NCBI GenBank assembly: GCA_938010785.1
Contig: CALLVC010000099.1
Span: forward strand, 1 to 61,568
DNA length: 61,568 nucleotides
Direction: 5' to 3'
Origin: an uncultured Saprospiraceae bacterium
Lineage (GTDB): Bacteria; Bacteroidota; Bacteroidia; Chitinophagales; Saprospiraceae
Shown here piece after piece: positions 17,766-26,973 of the stretch. Under the pieces are notes generated by a model. The model saw nothing but the letters and a program-made list of their open reading frames with translations, was not told where the DNA came from and ran no database searches. Position 1 is the stretch's first letter. Each line of letters starts with the position of its first letter. The position numbers were made by a program, and so were the translations under genes.

Positions 17766-20753
17766 ATGAAAAAACATGTACTTTTTTTTATTTGTGCTAT
17801 GCTCTTTACGAGTATAGGATTCTCCCAGGTTTATCTGGATGAATTTGATAATGATGACACTGCTTTCACTAGTGGAGCAGGTTCTTATACCTTTAGTGAA
17901 AGTAACTCCGAATGGACCATTAATGCTTCCAATACAGGCCCATGGGATGTGTTCACGTATGAATTCCATAATCCAACTACAGGAGAGGGTACTTTGGTGG
18001 ATATAACAGGAAATAATAAAATTTTTGTAAAAGTTAAAGCCAGTAATGTTGGTACCCAGTTACGGATGGACGTGCAAGACGAAGCTGGTTTCTTAACCTC
18101 TATTGCTGGTCTAACCAAAACCATGACTACTGAATACATGGTTTTAGAATTTGACTTTTCTGGAACTTATCAAGATGGTGGCTTTGGGGGCACTCCTTGT
18201 ACTTCCGATACAGCGCCTTGTGCTGTGGATGGCACAAAAATTAAGCAACTAGTTTTCTTTACAGACCCTGGCGTAGGTGCTTTCAATGGTTCTGTAGTTA
18301 TGGACTATATTGCGGTGGGAGATGAAGCAGTTGGGGCAATTGTTTCTGATGTTTTCCAAGACCATTTTGACAAAGCCGATAGTACCATTACTTCTTTTGG
18401 TGCAGACTTATTCGACAAAGGTTATAACATGACCGTAAATGGGTCAGAAATGATATTAACAGGTGATGGAACAACTCAGATGTGGGATGCCATTGGATAT
18501 AGCATTAGAAATCAAAATACTTTTGAAGAGCAGGATATTGATGTAACTACAACCAACAAACTTTTTATTAAGGTAAAATCTTCTGTTCCTGGTGTGGCAT
18601 TACGATGTGACATTAGAGATTTAGACGGATTTATCACCACACAAGGGTCCATTACTAAAATTATAGATACGGAATATAGTGTTTTGGAATATGATTTTTC
18701 TGGTACTTACGCTGACTTAGGTTTTGGTGGCACTCCTTGTACCATGGAGACAGCGCCTTGTCCAGTTGACCCTAAAAGAGTTGCTGGTTTAGTATTTTTT
18801 ATAGAACCTGGTGTTGGTGGTTTTGTGGGAGAATTGACTTTTGAATACCTTTCCTTTGGTAATTCTTTAGAACCAGCAGGAGACGAACCTGTTCTATCCT
18901 ACGGTGACCATTTCAGTAATGAAACGATAGAATTTACTAATAGTGATCTTTTCAATGTAACGGAATCAGGCTCTAATTTAGTAATTGCTGGCGATGGTAC
19001 TGCTCCTCCTTTTGGTACTGTTTCATATGTCTTACATAGTAAAGAAACAGGAGAATCTGTTGTTTTGGATATGGGACCTGCACAAAACAAACTATATATT
19101 GCTGCTAAGACGAATGGTGCGATGGTACCGCTCAGAATCGATGCCGTAGACTCTCTAAATTTTCATTCTTCCCAAACATCGCTTACAAAAATTATTGGTC
19201 CAGAATTAACCGTCTTTGAATATAATTTTGATGGGTCATCGGATGGTGGCTTTGGTGGCACAGCTTGCGAAACTGGACCTTGTTCTGTTGATTTATCAAA
19301 AATAACACAGTTCTTATTGTACCCTAATCCTATTGAAGGCGGTTATAACGGAGAAATCACGATTGATTTTATTTCTATTGGTCAACCATTAGGTGAAGAA
19401 GAAATAGATTTAGGTCCTGTAGGTATTACTAACTATGCTGACCAATTTAATGAAAACACAACTGTTTTCTTGGGTGAAGCAGGTGGTCTAACTACGACTT
19501 ACGGAGAAGAAGCATTAACTATCACAGGGGATGGTACTTCTAGTATGTGGACACCTATCACCTATGCTATCCATAATGAAGTTGGAGCGTTAACTATGGC
19601 AAACGCTGTGGCTAGTGGTAATAAGTTATTCATTAAAGCTCGTTCCTCTGTAGATGGAGCTACTTTAAGAGTGGACTTACAAGATAATATGGATTTTGTA
19701 ACCAATGCCAACGCTGTTTCCACTACTTTGACCAACGATTATATGGTTTATGAATTGGATTATTCTAATGCTTATAACGATGGTGGGTTTGGTGGCTCTC
19801 CTTGTACAGCAGATACTGCACCTTGTCCTGTAGATGGCGCTAGAATCGCTAACCTTCAATTTTTTATTGAACCTGGTGTTGGTCTATTTAATGGTACCGT
19901 TGACATTGATTGGATTTCTTTCGGGACTTCTTTAGATGTAGTTGAAGTACCAGCGGGAATAGTTAATTATAATGACGAATTAGATGAAAGTACAACTGAC
20001 CAAATTACAGATGTTCCAGGGTTAGTTACTTCGATTGCTGGAGATACTTGGACGGTGACGGGTGATGGTACTGGCGGCATGTGGACACCATTGGTTTATA
20101 AAATTCATGATGACGCTGGTGAAGGGATTTTAGCGAACGCTGCAGCTAGTGGAGATAAAGTTTACGTTAGAGCTAAAGTGAACATTGATGGAACGGAACT
20201 AAGAATGGATTTACAAGATAATCAAGATTTCGTCACCAATGCTAGTGCACAGTCCAACATACTTACTACAGAATATGCCGTGTACGAATATAGCTATGCG
20301 GGTGCTTATAACGATGGTGGGTTTGGTGGCTCTCCTTGTACGGCTGCCACAGCACCTTGTCCTGTAGATGCAGAGCGAATTTCTCAATTACAATTTTTTG
20401 TCAAACCGGGTGTAGGTGGTTTTGACGGTGTCTTGGATATTGACTGGATTTCTTTTGGTGCGCCATTAACAACCAGTATCGTCGATGAAGAAAAATTAGC
20501 TACTATCAAGGCTTATCCAAATCCTGCTAGACAGCAGGTAACTTTGGAATATGATTTACGAAAAACAAGTCATATACAAGTAAAAGTATATGACATTTTT
20601 GGTAAACAACTAAGTACTCAGCAGTTAGGACTACAAGCAACAGGCAAACAACAACAAGTCATTAATATTGAATCGTATACGAATGGTGTTTACTTATTAC
20701 AATTAGAATCTGACGGTAATATTCTTGGCGCTATGCGATTGATGAAGAACTAA
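17766..20753 (+). CDS. 995-aa secreted protein: five ~178-aa CBM-like repeats, each ending in a GGFGG-PC..TAPC-VD motif, plus a T9SS C-terminal sorting domain
   Basis: Signal peptide MKKHVLFFICAMLFTSIGFSQ. GGFGG (LGFGG in repeat 2) codons at 18177, 18717, 19245, 19782 and 20316. C-terminus KAYPNPARQQVTLEYDL...GVYLLQLESDG is T9SS type-A like. Confidence 0.85.
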   Translation: MKKHVLFFICAMLFTSIGFSQVYLDEFDNDDTAFTSGAGSYTFSESNSEWTINASNTGPWDVFTYEFHNPTTGEGTLVDITGNNKIFVKVKASNVGTQLRMDVQDEAGFLTSIAGLTKTMTTEYMVLEFDFSGTYQDGGFGGTPCTSDTAPCAVDGTKIKQLVFFTDPGVGAFNGSVVMDYIAVGDEAVGAIVSDVFQDHFDKADSTITSFGADLFDKGYNMTVNGSEMILTGDGTTQMWDAIGYSIRNQNTFEEQDIDVTTTNKLFIKVKSSVPGVALRCDIRDLDGFITTQGSITKIIDTEYSVLEYDFSGTYADLGFGGTPCTMETAPCPVDPKRVAGLVFFIEPGVGGFVGELTFEYLSFGNSLEPAGDEPVLSYGDHFSNETIEFTNSDLFNVTESGSNLVIAGDGTAPPFGTVSYVLHSKETGESVVLDMGPAQNKLYIAAKTNGAMVPLRIDAVDSLNFHSSQTSLTKIIGPELTVFEYNFDGSSDGGFGGTACETGPCSVDLSKITQFLLYPNPIEGGYNGEITIDFISIGQPLGEEEIDLGPVGITNYADQFNENTTVFLGEAGGLTTTYGEEALTITGDGTSSMWTPITYAIHNEVGALTMANAVASGNKLFIKARSSVDGATLRVDLQDNMDFVTNANAVSTTLTNDYMVYELDYSNAYNDGGFGGSPCTADTAPCPVDGARIANLQFFIEPGVGLFNGTVDIDWISFGTSLDVVEVPAGIVNYNDELDESTTDQITDVPGLVTSIAGDTWTVTGDGTGGMWTPLVYKIHDDAGEGILANAAASGDKVYVRAKVNIDGTELRMDLQDNQDFVTNASAQSNILTTEYAVYEYSYAGAYNDGGFGGSPCTAATAPCPVDAERISQLQFFVKPGVGGFDGVLDIDWISFGAPLTTSIVDEEKLATIKAYPNPARQQVTLEYDLRKTSHIQVKVYDIFGKQLSTQQLGLQATGKQQQVINIESYTNGVYLLQLESDGNILGAMRLMKN
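17829..20470 (+). repeat. Five intragenic ~530-540-nt repeats (protein-level modules) within 17766..20753
   Basis: Motif-to-motif spacings are 540, 528, 537 and 534 nt. Repeats 4 and 5 share an identical 38-nt run (19770-19807 vs 20304-20341) and a further identical 19-nt run. Confidence 0.9.
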
Positions 20754-20852
20754 ACTATTACTCAACGATAATAGATTAGTATAACCAAATTCATTTAAGG
20801 GGCTGTATCTTCTGGTACAGTCTCTTATTTTTTCAAAAACATTTTTATTATT

Positions 20853-22991
20853 ATGAAAAGAATAATCTACTTAATCACCTACCTTTTCTTAGGTGTTACG
20901 CTCTCGGCACAAGATACTTACCACAGTCAACTAGAAGCTACTTTTTTAACAACCTACCAAATCCCCATTGGTGAATGGGCATTTTTTGATAACGAGGCTG
21001 CCAATATGGAAGCTGCAGGAAATTATGGTGGTAATTATTCGATACAAGAATCCACGGATACTGATTTTTCCAAATTGGTCAAGGCAAGTATTGCCAATGC
21101 AGGAAATAACGCCTGGGATGCTGGTTGGAATATAAAGAACCAGCGAAAAATTAATGCTGGAGATAAAGTATTAATCGTCTTCTCCATTCGGTCGATTGGT
21201 AGCACAGGTAAGGTTAGTATCTTTGCAGAAAATGCTGCTACCTTTGACAAAGAAATGTTTTTAACCGTAGATATTTCAGAAGAATGGACTCATTATTTTG
21301 TTCCATTTCAATCCACTAGAACTTATAATGCCAATGCTATGGTTTTTGGCTTTCATTTGGCCGGCCAAGCGCAAACAATTGAAATAGGTGGCTACACAGC
21401 AATGAATTTTGCCAACGAAGTGACACTCGATGACCTACCAAATCAAATAAATAGTGATAAATACGACGGTTTTGAAGCAGATGCCCCCTGGCGTGCAGTA
21501 GCTGCTGAAAATATCGAAAAATTTCGGAAAGCCAATTTATCTCTTCAAGTTACCAATACAGCTGGCGAAACTATCGAAGGCGCTAATATAGAAGTAAAGA
21601 TGTTACAACATGACTTCGCTTTTGGAGCAGCGGTCAATGCTAATAAAATTGCTGGTAATAATGCACAAAATAATATTTACGAAAGTAAAATTACTAACCT
21701 AGATGGTAAAGGACATGGCTTTAATTGGGTTGTTTTTGAAAACGATTTAAAATGGCCTGCATGGGAAGATAATTGGTTCGTAGATAATGATGGTATTGCT
21801 AGAGCAGTACAATGGTTGAGAAGTAAAAATATTAAAATTAGAGGGCATACTTTAGTTTGGCCAGGTAGTAATAATATGCCAAATGACATTGCCGCTAATC
21901 AAAATAATATCGACTATATCAATAATCGAATTGATAATCATTTAGAGTCTATCCTCAATTATCCCGGCATCAAAGGAGAAATTGAAGAATGGGATGTATT
22001 AAATGAAATTACGACTAATAGAAGTTTAGAAAATTATTTTAAAGGAGAAACTGGATACGAAACTGGCAGAGAATATCTAGCAGAAATTTTCAAAAAAACT
22101 AAAGCATTAGACCCCAATACTGGATTGTGGTTAAATGATTTTGTCACCATTTCTACCAATTCAAAACCCGGAAATGGAAATTATGATAACCTTAAAAAAT
22201 TTACTAGAGAACTGTTAGATGCAGGTGTGGAATTAGAGGGTTTAGGTTTTCAAGGACACATTGGCGGTTTTCCAAACGGAATTCCATCTGTCCTAGAAAC
22301 CTTAGATGATTTTCATAATGAATTTGGCTTAAAAGCAAAAATTACAGAATATGATATGCCAACCTTTGTGGATGCAGAAACAGCCGCTCAATATCTAGGC
22401 GATTTCTTAACCGCTATTTATGGACATGAAAGTATGAATGGATTTTTATTTTGGAGCTTTTGGGATGGCGCTACTTGGATACAAGGTGGAACAAAATCCA
22501 ATTTTTTTCAGACCAATTGGACTGCCAATCCTTCATTAGATGTTTTCAATGATTTAGTCTTTAATCAATGGTGGACTAATGAAACGATTTCGACTAACTC
22601 GAATGGCTCCTCTAACATTCGCGTATTCAAAGGAATGTACGAAATTGCCTATGAAGCTAACGGAGAAATAGTCAGAGATACAATTGAAGTAACCGAGGAC
22701 ACTGCCTTGGAAATAATGGGTAATAATATCTCTACAGGAATAAATGACTTGCTAGTTGATAATACACTAGCCAAGGTTTATCCCAACCCTGCTGATAATC
22801 AATTAATTATTGAAAAGCAAACGACGCTTCCTGCAATCATTCAAGTGTTTGATATGACTGGAAGAAAAATAATCGAACAACAAACAACCGAATTAAAGAC
22901 TAGATTGGCAGTCTCTGATTTAGAAGGGATTTATATTGTAAAGGTGTCTGACGGTATTCGAACAACATCAAAAAAGATTACGGTACAGTAA
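20853..22991 (+). CDS. GH10 endo-1,4-beta-xylanase with N-terminal CBM4_9/22-like module and T9SS C-terminal sorting domain
   Basis: 712-aa ORF. GH10 motifs FAFGAAV, ENDLKW, RGHTLVWPG, WDVLNEI (acid/base Glu codon 22005-22007), GFQGH, ITEYD (nucleophile Glu codon 22347-22349). C-terminus VYPNPADNQLIIEKQ...GIYIVKVSDG. Confidence 0.9.
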   Translation: MKRIIYLITYLFLGVTLSAQDTYHSQLEATFLTTYQIPIGEWAFFDNEAANMEAAGNYGGNYSIQESTDTDFSKLVKASIANAGNNAWDAGWNIKNQRKINAGDKVLIVFSIRSIGSTGKVSIFAENAATFDKEMFLTVDISEEWTHYFVPFQSTRTYNANAMVFGFHLAGQAQTIEIGGYTAMNFANEVTLDDLPNQINSDKYDGFEADAPWRAVAAENIEKFRKANLSLQVTNTAGETIEGANIEVKMLQHDFAFGAAVNANKIAGNNAQNNIYESKITNLDGKGHGFNWVVFENDLKWPAWEDNWFVDNDGIARAVQWLRSKNIKIRGHTLVWPGSNNMPNDIAANQNNIDYINNRIDNHLESILNYPGIKGEIEEWDVLNEITTNRSLENYFKGETGYETGREYLAEIFKKTKALDPNTGLWLNDFVTISTNSKPGNGNYDNLKKFTRELLDAGVELEGLGFQGHIGGFPNGIPSVLETLDDFHNEFGLKAKITEYDMPTFVDAETAAQYLGDFLTAIYGHESMNGFLFWSFWDGATWIQGGTKSNFFQTNWTANPSLDVFNDLVFNQWWTNETISTNSNGSSNIRVFKGMYEIAYEANGEIVRDTIEVTEDTALEIMGNNISTGINDLLVDNTLAKVYPNPADNQLIIEKQTTLPAIIQVFDMTGRKIIEQQTTELKTRLAVSDLEGIYIVKVSDGIRTTSKKITVQ

Positions 22992-23015
22992 TTTTATTAG
23001 TGACAACAATACCCT

Positions 23016-23051
23016 AAAAAGGGTAGTACTATTCGTAGTGCTACCCTTTTT
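23016..23051 (+). terminator. Rho-independent terminator after the GH10 gene
   Basis: AAAAAGGGTAG (23016-23026) pairs with CTACCCTTTTT (23041-23051); the T-run continues. Confidence 0.75.
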
Positions 23052-23217
23052 TATTTAAATAAGCTAACTTCTTACCAACTATTTTACCCGCTAGTTATCC
23101 TATTTTATACAGAAACGCTTAATGCGGACAGAATTCGGTGATTTTATATTAAAAAATGTAGTAAAACTCTGAGGAAGTGGTATCTTGCGCTTTTTTTCAA
23201 ACCATAAGTCAACGTTT

Positions 23218-26200
23218 ATGAAAAATAAATGCTACAAATTGAGCATTATGGCCGCATTATTCCTATTTGTAATGCAGTCTGCCTGGGGGCAGGGTTCCAC
23301 TTCTTCCAGAATTACAGGACAAATTACTGATGGCACAGAAACCTTAATCGGTGCTAACGTAATTGCAATTCACGAACCTACTGGTTTTCAGTATGGAACG
23401 GCAACTAATATTGAAGGATTATTCACCTTGAATAATGTCAATGTTGGAGGGCCATACACGATTACTGTTTCCTACACAGGATACGAAGAATATGTTGTAA
23501 AAGACATTTACTTGAACCTTGGACAAACGGAGTCTTTTAATATCAAAATGAATGAAGCTGCACTTCAGTTAGCAGAAGTAGTCGTAACCGCAGGTGGTCT
23601 TTTTGATGGTAACCGAACTGGTTCTGAAACAAGAGTATCAGAAGAAGCGATTGCTACTTTACCTACTGCGGATAGAGGGCTGAATGATTATTTACGTTTG
23701 ACACCACAAGCAGACGTTGCCAATAATGGAGCAACTAACGGCGGTGGTATTTCTTTTTCTGGAGTCAACAACCGTTTCAACGCTATCTTTATTGATGGTG
23801 CTGTCAACAACGACGTTTTCGGTTTGGCAAACTCTGGTACTAATGGTGGACAAGCAGGTATCTCTCCTATTTCACCTGATGCCCTAGAGCAAATTCAGGT
23901 AGTATTGGCTCCTTATGATGTAACCCTTGGTGGTTTCGCAGGTGGTGGTATCAATGCGGTAACTAGAAGTGGTACGAATGAATTGGAAGGTTCTGCTTAC
24001 TATTTTACAAGAAATGAAAATCTTTCAGGCAAGACACCAACGGATATTGATGGTGCTGAAAGAACAAAGTTAGCCCCTTTTACAGCTCGAACTTTTGGTG
24101 GTCGTTTAGGTGGTGCCTTGGTTAAGAATAAATTATTCTTCTTTGCGAATGTTGAAATTCAGCGAGATGAAATCCCTAGACCTTTTATTCAAAGCGAATA
24201 TAATGGAGACTCTGATGCAAATCAGCTAAATGCAGTTCGTCAAAAATTAATCAACGATTATGGATATGATCCAGGAGGTTTTGAAAATAATCCTCAAACG
24301 ATTAATGGCGAAAAAGTCTTAGTTAAACTAGATTACAATATTAATGAAAAGCATAAATTATCTGCTCGTCATAGTTATGTAAAAGGAACTACTGAAATTC
24401 ACCCTTCTCCAAGTGCCAATAGAGTTGTTTTTGGTAATGTTGGATATATTTTCCCTTCTACAACGAACTCTACAGCAGTTGAATTAAAGAGTATCTTTAG
24501 CCCCAATACCTCTAATAACTTAATTGTAGGATATACAACAGTAAAAGATGATAGAGATATTTTGGGCGATCCTTTTCCTCAAATTATTATGCCTGATGGA
24601 AATGGTACGGTAGTAGTAGGTACAGATAATTTCTCTTATTCTAATATTGTGAATCAAAATGTTTTCACAATTACTGACAATTTTAACTTTTACAAAGGGA
24701 AACACTCTTTTACTTTTGGTACACATAATGAATTTTTTAAGATTGAGAACTTATTTACTATTTTCTCTACACCTAGATACCAGTATTTCTTTGATGGAGT
24801 CAATCGTTTCCTAAATGATGAAAATCCTGATTTAGTTTTATTTGGTCATGAGCAAGCTTTTGGTGGAGACCAAATTCGTTTAGCAGATGCGGCAGAAAAC
24901 TTAGGCCCATCTTTTAATGCGATGCAATTGGCATTTTACGGTCAAGATGAAATTCAAATCAACAAAGACTTTAAAGTAACGGTTGGATTAAGATTTGATG
25001 TACCAATCTTTACAGATGACCCACCATTAGACAATACTGCTTTTAATAATACAACGATTCCTTTACTGGAAGCTGCTGGTTATGATTTGAAGGGAGCAAG
25101 AGCGAGTAAAGCGCCTGGTACTTCTATTTATGTTAGCCCAAGAATTGGATTCAACTACGATGTCAATGGCGACAAGTCTACCCAATTAAGAGGTGGTGTA
25201 GGGGTCTTTACTAGTAGAGTACCTTGGGTATGGCCAGGAGGTATGTTTATTAGAAATGGACTAAACTCTGCTTTTAATGTGAATTTTGGACAACCGCTCT
25301 ATACGACTCCACAAGAATGGTTACAAAACTTAACTATTGATGATAGCCCCGCTGGAGATGTTGATTTATTTACAGAAAATTTCAAATATCCACAAATTTT
25401 GAGAGCTAGTTTAGCAATGGACAAAAAATTACCTTGGGGCTTAGATGGAACAGCAGAACTTACGTTCACAAAGACGCTAAATAACATGGATGTAAAAAGT
25501 ATTAACTTCCGTCCAAGTACTCAAAATCTAGCTGGTGCAGATAATCGTCCTGTCATTAACTTTAATGAAAGAATTGACGACACCTATTCTAATATTACAT
25601 TAGTAGATAATACGAGCAAAGGATATACTTTTAACATCACAGGACAAGTTTCTAAGCAATTTAGTAGAAATACTTCATTGAATGTAGCCTACTCTTTCAC
25701 TAGAGCAGAAGCTTTAGTAGATGGTAGAGGTTTTATCAATAACACGAACTGGTCGAATATTTTGAGTGTACAAGGAAATAATAATCCTGCAGTAACTCGT
25801 TCATCTTTTGATGCAGGCTCAAGATTGACTGCTTTCTTATCTCATAGATTTGATTACTCAGATGTAATGAATACTTCTGTTTCTCTTTTCTTTACAGCTA
25901 AATCAGGTTCTCCTTATAGTTTTGTTTACAATTCTGAAGCTACTTCTGATTTATCTCAATCATCTGGTTATAATGATTTAATTTATGTGCCTGCTAGTCA
26001 AAGTGAGATTAACTTAGTTGATATTGATGGTGGTGCAACGGCTGCTCAACAATGGGCTGCTTTAGATGCTTTCATTAGTGGTAACGATTACTTAAATAGT
26101 CGAAGAGGAGACTATGCAGAAGCAAATGAAGTAAGAACTCCATTTGAAGCCGTATTGGATTTAAAACTTATCCAAGACTTTTATTTTGGTGGTAAAAACG

Positions 26201-26448
26201 GAGGTAAGCGACAAAATATTCAAGTTACTTTTGATGTTTTCAACTTCACCAACATGATTAATAAAAATTGGGGTAGAAGATATTTTGTAGGTGGTAACAC
26301 TTTCTCTTTGATTCAAGCGAGTAGAAATGATGACGGTGTATTAGAATACAATTTTACCGCACCTAATAGAGACCCTTTTAATATCGTACAATCTGGTACT
26401 TATAGTGCTAGGTGGAACGCACAATTAGGGTTAAGATATAGTTTCTAA
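23218..26448 (+). CDS. TonB-dependent outer membrane receptor (CarboxypepD_reg-like N-domain + plug + barrel), no cognate SusD
   Basis: The ORF track starts at TTG 23185; ATG 23218 gives MKNKCYKLSIMAALFLFVMQSAWGQ. ITGQITDG..LIGANV...GYEEYVV is a carboxypeptidase-regulatory-like fold. Plug region follows. C-terminal ...LGLRYSF is a typical barrel terminus. Confidence 0.9.
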   Translation: MKNKCYKLSIMAALFLFVMQSAWGQGSTSSRITGQITDGTETLIGANVIAIHEPTGFQYGTATNIEGLFTLNNVNVGGPYTITVSYTGYEEYVVKDIYLNLGQTESFNIKMNEAALQLAEVVVTAGGLFDGNRTGSETRVSEEAIATLPTADRGLNDYLRLTPQADVANNGATNGGGISFSGVNNRFNAIFIDGAVNNDVFGLANSGTNGGQAGISPISPDALEQIQVVLAPYDVTLGGFAGGGINAVTRSGTNELEGSAYYFTRNENLSGKTPTDIDGAERTKLAPFTARTFGGRLGGALVKNKLFFFANVEIQRDEIPRPFIQSEYNGDSDANQLNAVRQKLINDYGYDPGGFENNPQTINGEKVLVKLDYNINEKHKLSARHSYVKGTTEIHPSPSANRVVFGNVGYIFPSTTNSTAVELKSIFSPNTSNNLIVGYTTVKDDRDILGDPFPQIIMPDGNGTVVVGTDNFSYSNIVNQNVFTITDNFNFYKGKHSFTFGTHNEFFKIENLFTIFSTPRYQYFFDGVNRFLNDENPDLVLFGHEQAFGGDQIRLADAAENLGPSFNAMQLAFYGQDEIQINKDFKVTVGLRFDVPIFTDDPPLDNTAFNNTTIPLLEAAGYDLKGARASKAPGTSIYVSPRIGFNYDVNGDKSTQLRGGVGVFTSRVPWVWPGGMFIRNGLNSAFNVNFGQPLYTTPQEWLQNLTIDDSPAGDVDLFTENFKYPQILRASLAMDKKLPWGLDGTAELTFTKTLNNMDVKSINFRPSTQNLAGADNRPVINFNERIDDTYSNITLVDNTSKGYTFNITGQVSKQFSRNTSLNVAYSFTRAEALVDGRGFINNTNWSNILSVQGNNNPAVTRSSFDAGSRLTAFLSHRFDYSDVMNTSVSLFFTAKSGSPYSFVYNSEATSDLSQSSGYNDLIYVPASQSEINLVDIDGGATAAQQWAALDAFISGNDYLNSRRGDYAEANEVRTPFEAVLDLKLIQDFYFGGKNGGKRQNIQVTFDVFNFTNMINKNWGRRYFVGGNTFSLIQASRNDDGVLEYNFTAPNRDPFNIVQSGTYSARWNAQLGLRYSF

Positions 26449-26480
26449 TTTTTAGAGCTAAACCAACTTTAAAATTTTTT

Positions 26481-26508
26481 CCCGAACTTTCTTTATGGAA
26501 GGTTCGGG
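26481..26508. terminator. Hairpin terminator between the TonB receptor (+) and the DUF6884-like gene (-)
   Basis: CCCGAAC(T)TTC ... GAAGGTTCGGG, followed by ATTTTTTAT on the plus strand and preceded by AAAATTTTTT. Confidence 0.75.
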
Positions 26509-26521
26509 ATTTTTTATGCCC

Positions 26522-26896
26522 TTACTCTATATAAAAAGGCACCTCATACTGCTTCATTTCCGTTACCAAATGCCTTCGATAAGTTTCATTTGTCAATAGA
26601 TAGAAATAATCCTTTTGCAAATCACATCCAGCTTCTATTAATTGTTGCAGGACTTTAGCTGACCAATTTTTTAATGCGGCTTCCGATACATGATTTAAAT
26701 TCACATCGTATGGAGCAATTTCTTCTTCTAAAGACAATAGGTGATGTTTTCCTGAAAGGATGAATATGGCTGCAGGATTTTGCGCTTCGGCAAACTGCAT
26801 TAGTTTTTCAAACAGCTGACCTTGATATAAATCTTTAGCTGCGCAGGTATGATTCCTTTTAGGTGCTACGCAGGTAACGAGAATAATTTTTTTCAT
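26522..26896 (-). CDS. Small hypothetical protein resembling the DUF6884 family
   Basis: 124-aa ORF, 77 bp downstream of and co-directional with 26974..28683. From memory it matches the DUF6884 pattern: N-terminal C..K, then A.DLY.G.LF, ILSGKHHLL and PYD. Confidence 0.6.
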   Translation of the reverse strand: MKKIILVTCVAPKRNHTCAAKDLYQGQLFEKLMQFAEAQNPAAIFILSGKHHLLSLEEEIAPYDVNLNHVSEAALKNWSAKVLQQLIEAGCDLQKDYFYLLTNETYRRHLVTEMKQYEVPFYIE

Positions 26897-26973
26897 ATAA
26901 TTGACAGATATTAGACTTTCGAACTTTTCAGATAAATGCCTTATAAAAAAGTCAAAAGATGCTAGGTATATTG

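Noticed and set aside
22992-23217. Riboswitch upstream of the orphan TonB-dependent receptor
   Set aside because: I looked for cobalamin (B12-box) and TPP (CUGAGA...ACCUGAUCUGGAUAAU) core motifs. Only a chance CTGAGGA is present, with no supporting helices.
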